A DNA stretch of 64,000 bases, from NCBI GenBank assembly GCA_964016885.1, contig OZ024741.1, forward strand, positions 21,390,001 to 21,454,000, read 5' to 3'. Numbering within the stretch: the first letter of the stretch is position 1; every line of letters begins with the position of its first letter. Shown here piece by piece: positions 27,753 to 39,479 of this stretch. Under the pieces are notes generated by a model that was not told where the DNA came from, did no database searches, and worked only from the letters and a program-made list of their open reading frames with translations. The position numbers were made by a program, and so were the translations under genes. This DNA comes from Eledone cirrhosa (Eukaryota).

Positions 27753-29739
27753 GTAAGTGTTCTTTTTTTTTTCTTCTAATATTTAAGGGTCAGTAAGACC
27801 CTTCAGTTGTGTCAAGGACATGACAACTTCCCTAGTGTTGGTGATCTACATGATAAATGCACTCAGTACATGCTGTAAAGTGGTTGGTGATAGGAAGGAC
27901 CCTCAGTTGTGTCAAGGACATGAAACCTCCTCTGTGTACATGGTGAAACATGAGACACAGAACCCTGGCCTGTCTGAGAGATCAGTAACTCTGTTCCAAT
28001 ACTGACTTGGTCTATGTAGACCTGTTCAATCCTCGCTAGGAGGGAAAGCAGAAGTTAAATATTGTTTAATATATCTGTTAGTGTTGATGCAGCAATAAAA
28101 TGCCTCCAGACCTCCTTGCAAAGTAGTAGCACTGGTGCTATGATAAAAAACACTGAGTCCACTCGGTAAAGTGGTAGTGCTGGTGTCATAATAAAATACA
28201 CCCAGTCCACTCTGTAAAGTGGTAGTGCTTGTGTCATAATAAAATATACCCAGTCCACTTTATAAAGTGGTAGTGCTGGTGTCAATAATATACACCCATT
28301 ATACTCTATAAATTGGTAATGTTGGTGCCTTGATAGAATGCTCTCAATGCATGCTGTAAAGGGGTTGGTTTTAGGAAGGGCATCCAACCATAGAAACCAT
28401 ACCAAAGACAACTTATGAGCAGGACATGGTTACCCAGCCTGTCTAGCATCAGAACATGACAACCTATCAAATCTGTAGTGGTGGCCGTGCTGGTGTTGTC
28501 ATCTTCTGTGTAGATTTTCTTGGTTTCTGGTCTTTTTTAGTCAAGTGGAAATGATTGAAAAGTAAAGAAAAATGAAACATCATTATAGCTCTGTCTTCCA
28601 TCCTTCCATGGTTGATAAAATAAAGTACCAGTATTGTACTGGGGTTGATCTAATTAACTTTCCCCCTCCCCAAAATTGTTGGCCATGTGCCTAAATCAGA
28701 AACCATTATCATCATTTTATGCCTGCTTTTCTTGCTGCACGTGTTGGATGGATGGGCCAGGGGTTGATGTCTTGCTCTTATTTGTTCCTTTTTTGCATGA
28801 TTTCTATGGCCACAGAACAGTCCTTTCTCCTTTACATTCTTACTTTTTGAATGCCGATTATTTTACAGAGTGTATTGGGTGCATTATATACTTTAGAAAT
28901 ATTTACTTTTATTTTTTTTTCAATGGTTAACCTGCCATATTTTAGATATTTTATTTCAGTAGAATCATTTTCTTCATCATCCATGTTATAACATTAATTT
29001 CCTAATGTTTGCTTGGGTTGGATGGATCTATTGCACAGTATATTTTCCCTTGGCCTGACCTGTCATATTTTCTCTGAGGCCAATCTTCAAATCTGACCTC
29101 ACAACTTTTTTCTGGCAGCCTATAAAACCATTATCATCACTGTTTTTTTTTTTTTTATGCTTGTTTTTCCACACTTGCATGGATTGGAAGGGTCCTTTTC
29201 AGCACAGCATCTCACCACTTGCTGTGTTCCTTTATCATCTCCTCTTTTAGTCTCATTGATTTGAGGTCAGCTCTCACCATCTCTGCCCAGGTCTCCTTTG
29301 GTCTACTTCTATTGCAGCTTCCTGGTACTGGGATTTCCTGGCACTTTATCCAATGATCATCATCCATATGTACATCACATGTCCATACCAATTCAGTCTT
29401 CTCTCTTGTACACCACCTCGGTTTCCGTCACCCAGTTTCTTCCTCAGGTCATCCAAACTGCCGTTCTCTCACATTTATATTGCACATCTAACAAAACATT
29501 TTATGAAGGGAAATAATTCCAGGACTTCTTATTTCATGTAGATTTTTCTGCAAATGTTATTTTTTTTTTTCTTTCATCTTTTCTACATTTCTTTCTTTTT
29601 TTTCTCTACATCTTTTCTCTCCTTCAATTCTTCATCTTTTCTACATATTTTCTTTTCACTCCATCTGTTCTATATACAAGCTTTTTATAAATAATTTGAT
29701 GTTGGGATTAAATAACATAATGATTCATTTTAATTCCAG

Positions 29740-29789
29740 AAGCCAAAGATGATTCTACAATACCAGATACTAACCAAAATGATAAAAAG
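29740..29789 (+). CDS. NOC3L: NOC3L exon 7
   Basis: 50 nt, ccAG/GTgaga. Reads KAKDDSTIPDTNQNDKK and bridges phase 1 to phase 0 as required. Confidence 0.75.
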
Positions 29790-29904
29790 GTGAGAGAATT
29801 TCCGTTTATAATTACTTTTTATCTTCTCTTCAATGTCCATATTACTTGTACCACTGTACAGGTTAAAAGTGTTTTCCTTTATTTCAGTTTTGTATAGCAA
29901 ACTT

Positions 29905-30690
29905 TGCCTGACTTTCTATACTACATGTGACAGCTTCTGATATCACCTGACTTTCTATACATGTGACAGCTTCTGATATCACCTGACTTTCTATACTACA
30001 TGTGACAGCCTCTGATATCACCTGACTTTCTATACTACATGTGATGGCCTCTAATATCACCTAACTTTCTATACTACATGTGACAGCCTCTGATATCACC
30101 TAACTTTCTATACATGTGACAGCTTCTGATATCACCTGACTTTCTATACTACATGTGACAACCTCTGATATCACCTGACTTTCTATACTACATGTGACAG
30201 CCTCTGATATCACCTGACCTTTTATACTACATGTGATAGCTTCTGATATCACCTAACTTTCTATATATGTGACAGCTTCTGATATCACCTGACTTTCTAT
30301 ACATGTGACAGCTTCTGATATCACCTGACTTTCTATACTACATGTGACAATCTCTGATATCACCTGACTTTCTATACTACATGTGACAGCCTCTGATATC
30401 ACCTGACTTTTTATACCACATGTGATAGCTTCTGATATCACCTAACTTTCTATACATGTGACAGCTTCTGATATCACCTGACTTTCTATACATGTGACAG
30501 CTTCTGATATCACCTGACTTTCTATACTACATGTGACAACCTCTGATATCACCTGACTTTCTATACTACATGTGACAGCCTCTGATATCACCTGACTTTT
30601 TATACTACATGTGATAGCTTCTGATATCTGACTATCTTTCTATTCTACATGTGACCCCTTCTTAAATTACCTGACTATCTTTCTATATAA
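29905..30690. repeat. 39/36-bp minisatellite
   Basis: ACCTGACTTTCTATA(CTA)CATGTGACAGCYTCTGATATC, about 20 units. Confidence 0.95.
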
Positions 30691-31033
30691 TATATAATGA
30701 AAATGATTGTGTACACTGCTCAGGTGCACTACAACTCATCAAAGGTACATGTATAGTACATAGAATAATGTACAAATGTCAAGAAAGTGAACAGTGTATG
30801 AGTCAGGATATCACATACACATATGTGTGTGTGGAGGAGGAATATCAGGTCATGTTCACGAGAAGACTTCTTGAGATTGGTGTTATGGAAGGAGTATGTG
30901 AATGCTGTTTTTTTTCTCCCAAAATGCTTGGTAGTACACTTGCCCACAGCCAGCTTGAGTTGCTAGTCCATAATCCATTGATGCGTTCTTCATGTGACAT
31001 CTTCTCATTATCTTTCTATTCTCTATGTGACAG

Positions 31034-31153
31034 GTTCTGAAAGAGGTAGCTACTCAATGCCTGTGCAAGCTACTTGTTAGCAGCTATCACTTCAATTTCC
31101 GCAGTGAACTCATCTCATTTGTTGTCCCTTGTATGAATCTCTTCAACAAAGTG
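31034..31153 (+). CDS. NOC3L: NOC3L exon 8
   Basis: VLKEVATQCLCKLLVSSYHFNFRSELISFVVPCMNLFNKV, containing the NOC3 HFNF motif. cAG/GTaggt, 120 nt. Confidence 0.92.
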
Positions 31154-31409
31154 GTAGGTGTTTTCTTTATATGCAAATGTTACATATGAGGGTTGGCTGA
31201 CTAAGATACTCTCATGGAATGACCAAATGAGGTTTATTTTACAATATAGTCCCTGGAAAGAAACAATGCAGTTATTAATAAGAGTTGAAATTAATGCATG
31301 CAAGATTTCACAGCTCCAGCATCACTCTTTCATAGTTAGCCTATGAACATTTCAGCCGACACTCATAACTAAAATTACATCTCCTAATCAAGCAAAAACT
31401 TATATTTTT

Positions 31410-34140
31410 TGTTAAGACATATCTTAATGTGTAGGTGGTAGTAACAGTTGTTTGGTAAGACATATCTTTGTGTAGGTGGTAGTAACAGTTGTTTGGTAAG
31501 ACATATCTTAATGTGTAGGTGGTAGTAACAGTTGTTGTTTAGTAAGACATATCTTAATGTGTAGGTGGTAGTAACAGTTGTTGTTTGGTAAGACATATCT
31601 TAATGTGTAGGTGGTAGTAAGTTGTTGTTTAGTAAGACATATCTTAATGTGTAGGTGGTAGTAACAGTTGTTGTTTGGTAAAACATATCTTAATGTGTAG
31701 GTGGTAGTAACAGTTGTTGTTTGGTAAGACATATCTTAATGTGTAGGTGGTAGTAACAGTTGTTGTTTAGTAAGACATATCTTAATGTGTAGGTGGTAGT
31801 AACAGTTGTTGTTTGGTAAGACATATCTTAATGTGTAGGTGGTAGTAAGTTGTTGTTTAGTAAGACATATCTTAATGTGTAGGTGGTAGTAACAGTTGTT
31901 GTTTGGTAAAACATATCTTAATGTGTAGGTGGTAGTAACAGTTGTTGTTTGGTAAGACATATCTTAATGTGTAGGTGGTAGTAACAGTTGTTGTTTAGTA
32001 AGACATATCTTAATGTGTAGGTGGTAGTAACAGTTGTTGTTTAGTAAGACATATCTTAATGTGTGAATGGTAGTAAGTTGTTGTTTAGTAAGACCTATCT
32101 TAATGTGTGGATGGTAGTAACAGTTGTTGTTTAGTAAGGCATATCTTAATGTGTAGGTGGTAATCATAGTTGTTTAGTGAGACATATCTTAATGTGTGGA
32201 TGGTAGTAATAGCTGTTTAGTGAGACATATCTTAATGTGTGGATGGTAGTAATAGCTGTTTAGTGAGACATATCTTAATGTGTGGATGGTAGTAATAGCT
32301 GTTTAGTGAGACATATCTTAATGTGTGGATGGTAGTAATAGCTGTTTAGTGAGACATCTTAATGTGTAGGTGGTAGTAATAGCTGTTTAGTGAGACATAT
32401 CTTAATGTGTAGGTGGTTATCATAGTTGTTTAGTGAGACATATCTTAATGTGTGGATGGTAGTAATAGCTGTTTAGTGAGACATATCTTAATGTGTGGAT
32501 GGTAGTAATAGCTGTTTAGTGAGACATCTTAATGTGTAGGTGGTTATCATAGTTGTTTAGTGAGACATATCTTAATGTGTGGATGGTAGTAATAGCTGTT
32601 TAGTGAGACATATCTTAATGTGTGGATGGTAGTAATAGCTGTTTAGTGAGACATATCTTAATGTGTGGATGGTAGTAATAGCTGTTTAGTGAGACATATC
32701 TTAATGTGTGGATGGTAGTAATAGCTGTTTAGTGAGACATATCTTAATGTGTGGATGGTAGTAATAGCTGTTTAGTGAGACATATCTTAATGTGTGGATG
32801 GTAGTAATAGCTGTTTAGTGAGACATCTTAATGTGTAGGTGGTAGTAATAGCTGTTTAGTGAGACATATCTTAATGTGTAGGTGGTTATCATAGTTGTTT
32901 AGTGAGACATATCTTAATGTGTGGATGGTAGTAATAGCTGTTTAGTGAGACATATCTTAATGTGTGGATGGTAGTAATAGTTGTTTAGTGAGACATATCT
33001 TAATGTGTGGATGGTAGTAATAGCTGTTTAGTGAGACATATCTTAATGTGTGGATGGTAGTAATAGCTGTTTAGTGAGACATCTTAATGTGTAGGTGGTA
33101 GTAATAGCTGTTTAGTGAGACATATCTTAATGTGTAGGTGGTTATCATAGTTGTTTAGTGAGACATATCTTAATGTGTGGATGGTAGTAATAGCTGTTTA
33201 GTGAGACATATCTTAATGTGTGGATGGTAATAATAGCTGTTTAGTGAGACATATCTTAATGTGTGGATGGTAGTAATAGCTGTTTAGTGAGACATATCTT
33301 AATGTGTGGATGGTAGTAATAGTTGTTTAGTAAGACATATCTTAATGTGTGGATGGTAGTAATAGTTGTTTAGTGAGACATATCTTAATGTGTAGGTGGT
33401 TATCATAGTTGTTTATTGAGACATATCTTAATGTGTGGATGGTAGTAATAGCTGTTTAGTGAGACATATCTTAATGTGTGGATGGTAGTAATAGTTGTTT
33501 AGTGAGACATATCTTAATGTGTGGATGGTAGTAATAGCTGTTTAGTGAGACATATCTTAATGTGTGGATGGTAGTAATAGCTGTTTAGTGAGACATATCT
33601 TAATGTGTGGATGGTAGTAATAGCTGTTTAGTGAGACATATCTTAATGTGTGGATGGTAGTAATAGTTGTTTAGTGAGACATATCTTAATGTGTGGATGG
33701 TAGTAATAGCTGTTTAGTGAGACATCTTAATGTGTAGGTGGTAGTAATAGCTGTTTAGTGAGACATATCTTAATGTGTAGGTGGTTATCATAGTTGTTTA
33801 GTGAGACATATCTTAATGTGTGGATGGTAGTAATAGCTGTTTAGTGAGACATATCTTAATGTGTGGATGGTAGTAATAGTTGTTTAGTGAGACATATCTT
33901 AATGTGTGGATGGTAGTAATAGCTGTTTAGTGAGACATATCTTAATGTGTGGATGGTAGTAATAGCTGTTTAGTGAGACATATCTTAATGTGTAAATGGT
34001 AGTAATAGTTGTTTAGTGAGACATCTTAATGTGTGGATGGTAGTAATAGTTGTTTAGTGAGACATATCTTAATGTGTGGATGGTAGTAGTAGCTGTTATT
34101 TAGACATATCTTAATGTGTAGGTATTAACTGTTGTTATTT
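31410..34140. repeat. 46-bp to 43-bp minisatellite filling most of NOC3L intron 8
   Basis: AGACATATCTTAATGTGTAGGTGGTAGTAACAGTTGTTGTTTGGTA with a 228-bp super-period, switching near 32150 to GAGACATATCTTAATGTGTGGATGGTAGTAATAGCTGTTTAGT. Confidence 0.97.
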
Positions 34141-34180
34141 AGTAAGACGTATCTTTTGTTAAATTATTTTCCAATTTCAG

Positions 34181-34252
34181 TGTTCAAATGCAGCATGTGA
34201 GGCAGTGAAAGAGGTTTTCAAAATAGATAAACTTGGTGCTGCTTCTCTTGAA
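34181..34252 (+). CDS. NOC3L: NOC3L exon 9
   Basis: CSNAACEAVKEVFKIDKLGAASLE. tttcAG/GTgagt. Confidence 0.92.
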
Positions 34253-35004
34253 GTGAGTAGAAATTTGCCTTGTTATTTTTAAGTTTTTTGTTTGTTACAA
34301 TTTAGTGAGGGAGGGCAGGATCATGTCGAAGGCCCTTTTAAGGGCCTCTGAAGCTAATGGTATTGAGAGACTGAGGGCAGCATAATATCCATGACTCTTT
34401 TCAGGGGGCCTCTGAGGCTGATAAAGGAGATATATCTTCAAACCAGTGACATGGCCTGAACACTTGCAATGTTGTGAACAACAATATTCTAATGACACAC
34501 TTTATATTATCAAGTATGATATTACATCAATTGTGTAAGTGTGTGTTCAGAATTGACCTTTTCTGCTTTATATGTAGAATATCAATGATATTTAATTGTA
34601 AATGTCATCTTGATACCAACCTGCCCAAAACTGCTTCAGTTTCTATGAGGAAAAAACGCCCCACTCATTTTAAAGGGTTTCTACTTATGAGGGTCAGCTA
34701 AAACGTTCATAGGCTGACCAAGATACTCTCATGGAATGACCAAATGAGGTTTATGTTTCCACATAGTCCCTGGAAAGAAATAATGTAGTTATTAAGAAGA
34801 AGAGTTGAAATTAATGCATGCAAGATTTCACAGCTCTAGCATCACCTCATAAATTGAAACCTTCTAACATAATGAAGTTATATATTTAGTAAATTCTTCA
34901 ATAATTAGTTAAAATATGAAATATTTCATTAGAAATATTTTAACAAAAGGGTTAATTTTTCTATTTGTCTCTATAGTAATTTGATATTTTCTCTCAATTT
35001 TCAG

Positions 35005-35061
35005 ATAGTAAAAGGCATTGAAGATATTGTCAAAAGGAAAATAGCTCTTGTGAAACCTAAG
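35005..35061 (+). CDS. NOC3L: NOC3L exon 10
   Basis: IVKGIEDIVKRKIALVKPK. tttcAG/GTaagc. Confidence 0.88.
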
Positions 35062-35102
35062 GTAAGCAAAATTAACTGGACACTATTTAAAGTGACATGA
35101 GA

Positions 35103-35137
<35 letters not shown>

Positions 35138-35634
35138 CTTTGTGTGGGGAGTAGGTACACAGTTTCAGTTATTCAAGTTTCCGGTGAAGAGAAAGGAGGA
35201 AGATCACTGTCCACCATTTGGTTAGATTAGCTTCTAATTTTAAGCTGCATTGCACACTGTGACCCATGCTAGCGTGGAGAAATGGGCGTTAAACAGTGAT
35301 GATGATAAGCTGAGGAATATGTGACCAAACATTTGATGGCAAAATGGAGGGAGAGGGTCAACTTACATATGCCATCTAAACTGTTGATTAGCTGTCCTGG
35401 CTTATAATAAATGGGGTTGGGATTTTTGCCCATTTCTCAGACATGAAATAGTTGGGAGGGTTGACTTATATTTTAGTATATACATATGGTAAGTATATTA
35501 ATGGCTGGGTGTTATCCATTATTGTTGGTTTGGCTGTGCTTAAATAGAAGGCCTGAAAACATTCAAGGATTGAGCCAGTGATACAAAATAAAAGGTCAAG
35601 CTTAGAAATCCTGCATCATAATGCTTCAATTATT

Positions 35635-36775
35635 GATGTACTACCTAGGGGACATGGTGACAGATGTACTACCTAACCTAGGGGAGATGGTAACAGATGT
35701 ACTACCTAGGCGAGATGGTGACAGATGTACTACCTAGGGGAGATGGTGACAGATGTACTACCTAACCTAGGGGAGATGGTAACAGATGTACTACCTAGGG
35801 AGATGGTGACAGATGTACTACCTAGGGGAGATGGTGACAGATGTACTACCTAACCTAGGGCAGATGGTAACAGATGTACTACCTAGGGGAGATGGTGACA
35901 GATGTACTACCTAACCTAGGGCAGATGGTAACAGATGTACTACCTAGGGGAGATGGTGACAGATGTACTACCTAGGGGAGATGGTGACAGATGTACTACT
36001 TAGGGGAGATGGTGACAGATGTACTACCTAGGGGAGATGGTGACAGATGTACTACCTAGGGGAGATGGTGACAGATGTACTACCTAACCTAGGGCAGATG
36101 GTAACAGATGTACTACCTAGGGGAGATGGTGACAGATGTACTACCTAGGGGAGATGGTGACAGATATACTACTTAGGGGAGATGGTGACAGATGTACTAC
36201 CTAGGGGAGATGGTGACAGATGTACTACCTAGGGGAGATGGTGACAGATGTACTACCTAACCTAGGGCAGATGGTAACAGATGTACTACCTAGGGGAGAT
36301 GGTGACAGATGTACTACCTAGAGGAGATGGTGACAGATGTACTACCTAGGGGAGATGGTGACAGATGTACTACCTAACCTAGGGCAGATGGTAACAGATG
36401 TACTACCTAGGGGAGATGGTGACAGATGTACTACCTAGAGGAGATGGTGACAGATGTACTACCTAGGGGAGATGGTGACAGATGTACTACCTAGAGGAGA
36501 TGGTGACAGATGTACTACCTAGGGGAGATGGTGACAGATGTACTACTTAACCTAGGGGAGATGGTGACAGATGTACAACCTAGGGGAGATGGTGACAGAT
36601 GTACTACTTAGGGGAGATGGTGACAGATGTACTACTTAACCTAGGGGAGATGGTGATATGATACTTCAGTTACTGATGTACTACCTAGGGGAGATGGTGA
36701 TTTGATACTTCAGTTACTGATGTACTACCTAGGGGAGATGGTGATTTGATACTTCAGTTACTGATGTACTACCTA
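35635..36775. repeat. 28/33-bp minisatellite
   Basis: GATGTACTACCTA(ACCTA)GGGGAGATGGTGACA, about 38 units. Confidence 0.96.
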
Positions 36776-37344
36776 CTGGACTTCGTTGAGGTAGAAAGAG
36801 GGACTGTTTGAATTTGATATAAATATACTTGACATCATCATCATCGTTTAACGTCCATTTTTCCATACTAGCGTGGGTTAGACGAGTTGTCCCGACACAA
36901 GCCAGGTCAGATGACCGCGTCTTGCTCATCCACTTTACAGTACTGGGTGCTTATTGTTGTGTCACCTACACAACTACATTACAGTGTGGACTGGGTGGTT
37001 TTTGTCATGACACTTACACAACTACATTAGTCTGGGCTAGGTGCATTTTATCATAACGCCTACACGACCGCTTTACAGTGTGGGCTGGGTGCTTTTGGTC
37101 ACGATAACTATACAACCACTTTACAGTGTGACAGCTGCCAGGGGGAAAATCAGGAAGTTTTTTTAAGTACCTTTTACGTTACAGTGGTTGGGTCACATAA
37201 TAAAATATAAAAAATGAGAAAAAAAGTTCACAATAGTAGTCATAAAGTAGTATTTAACAAGTTATTATATTGCTTGTTTTAAGGTTGATAGACTTGTAAC
37301 TATTCTTTTCCTGTATTATATAAAATGTTTTCTGTTTTTACTAG

Positions 37345-37464
37345 GTATTGAGTACTTTGCTTTCTCTGAAGATAAAAGAAATTGACATTGCTCAGGCAAA
37401 AAGCAGGGCCGAGAAAGAAAAGCATAAACAGAAACTATTGAAAATGTCTCGACGTGACAGGAAG
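37345..37464 (+). CDS. NOC3L: NOC3L exon 11 (gene continues beyond the window)
   Basis: VLSTLLSLKIKEIDIAQAKSRAEKEKHKQKLLKMSRRDRK. ctAG/GTagtg. No stop codon; the C-terminal CBF domain is not in the window. Confidence 0.9.
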
Positions 37465-37643
37465 GTAGTGTATCTTTTGTGTTTGTTTTCATTGCCGTTC
37501 AAATGCCGTCCATCAAATTATCATCTTCTATATATATATACATAAAATGTAGAAAAGATAACACACGGGAGAGAGAGAGTGTGTTTATCAATACCAGTGT
37601 ATGGAATCTATAAACTACAAAAGGTGAGGTAGATACATAATAA

Positions 37644-38866
37644 TCTATATATATAAAACTGAGGATGTCTGTCTGTGTGTGTGTTTGAATCCCTAAAACT
37701 AGAGAAGCACCCAACCGACTGTTTTCAAACTTTACACATGTAAATGGAGGCACATGGCTTAGTGGTTAGAGCATTGGCCTTGCAATCGAAAGGTTGTGAG
37801 TTCAATTCTCAGACCGGGTGATGTGTTGTTTCCTTGAGCAAGACACTTTATTTCACATTGCTCCAGTTTACTCAGCTGTAGAAATGAGATGATAGGGACT
37901 GGGGTCCCTATCATTCCACTGCAAAGTGGTCGTGGAGGTGCCACAGCAAAAAAGCACCCAGCCCACACTGTAAAGTGGACGTGTAGGCGACACAGAAAAA
38001 AAGCAGCACTCACTGTAAATGAGATTGGTGTTGGGAAGGGCATCCAGCTGTAGAAATCAAGCCAGAATCAGTTCCCATCCCACCCTTGCAAGCAGGGAAA
38101 GGTGGACGTAAAATGATGATGATGATGATGAATACTTATGTTTCAGGGAATGTTGTGAGCAAAAAAAATTTCAAATTTTCAATTCTTAGTCTTTCTCTTT
38201 TTAGATAGATACATATATATAACGTCGCGCTCTTATAATATCTGTCTGTATGTCTGGCTGTCTGCATTACGTCACTTCCCTGAGGATGTCTGTGTGTGTC
38301 TGTGAGTTTGAATCCCTAAAACTCGAGAAGTACCCAACCGATTCTTTCCAAACTTTACATGTGTATTACTTGTTTCAGGGAGTGTTATGCACATAAAAAA
38401 ATTCTATTTTTTTATCTAGGGCTTGCATTAGGTGAAAAACTGCGTTTTTCAGGTTTTTAGGGGTTATTTGAGGCGTTAGTCAGACTGATTTCCTTGAAAT
38501 TGTAACTATGTATTAGTCAGTCTCTTCTTCATACCGTGAGCAAATAAAATCCAACTTATTTATGGCCTAGGGCCTGCATTAGGTGAAGAACTTCATTTTT
38601 TCAGCTTTTTATGACTTTTTGGAAGCGTTACATCTAGCTGCTTTTCCCGAAATTTCAAAGCATATTATGCACATTAAAAAAATTTATATTCTGCATTTTT
38701 CCTGCTTCATCAAGGAAAATCTTAAAGATTATCCATCCATCAGAGTATTCGGTTTATTTTCTTTACATATTGTCTGTGCAGGCATGCAGTTTTTCCACGA
38801 TTAGGTCTGTTGGCGCCCCGCGTTCCAAAATACCTTATCCCGTGCAACGCCGGATACCACTGCTAG
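37644..38866 (+). mobile_element. Non-autonomous Helitron with nested SINE
   Basis: A|TCTATATATATAAAAC 5' end; 3' GC-rich hairpin-like CCCGTGCAACGCCGGA then CTAG|T; no TSD. 5' segment repeated at 38280. Family-B SINE at 37749-38130. Confidence 0.75.
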
Positions 38867-39479
38867 TTAAATATATTTTTAATTATTATGTGTCTACCTC
38901 ACCTTTCGTAGTAGATTCCATACCCAGGTGGTTTTCCCTGTATATTGATAAACATACACACTCTCTCTCTCTCTTTCGTGTGTTATCTTTTCTACATATT
39001 ATATTTGAAGAGCCCAGGATTTCTTTTTCCTTTGAGCTCATAATTTACAGGGACTAATGCGAGTCTATCACTCCATTAATTTATTTTGATATATATATAT
39101 ATATATATTATAAAGAGTCAGAACCCTGGCGGATATTCTCTTGCCATTTCATGTGCTAGTTCCAAACTGGAACTAATTGTTAAAACGACAAGAGCTCAGC
39201 CATCGGGGTTCCAACTCTTTATAATATATCTATACTCTACTACTCCAAGTTTTGAGTACACTGTTGAATAATGGTCTAACCAGTTTCAAACTGAATCCAT
39301 CCTGATTTGTATATATATATATATATACACACGTAAAAAAGCAACCTGTAAAGTAGTTGTACTGGTGCCACGATCAAAAGCACTCAGTCCACAATATAAG
39401 GTTAGTAACAAAAAATGCTCCCCATCCATACTGTAAAGTGGTTGGTGTTAGGAAGGTGATTGTAGCATTCTTAAACTTG

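Noticed and set aside
29740-34181. Apparent loss of the conserved HFNF segment of NOC3L
   Set aside because: The exon is present at 31034-31153; it is simply absent from the ORF track.
24784-36775. CRISPR-like regular repeats of 27-46 bp
   Set aside because: Units are contiguous with no unique spacers, there are no cas genes, and the context is eukaryotic introns.
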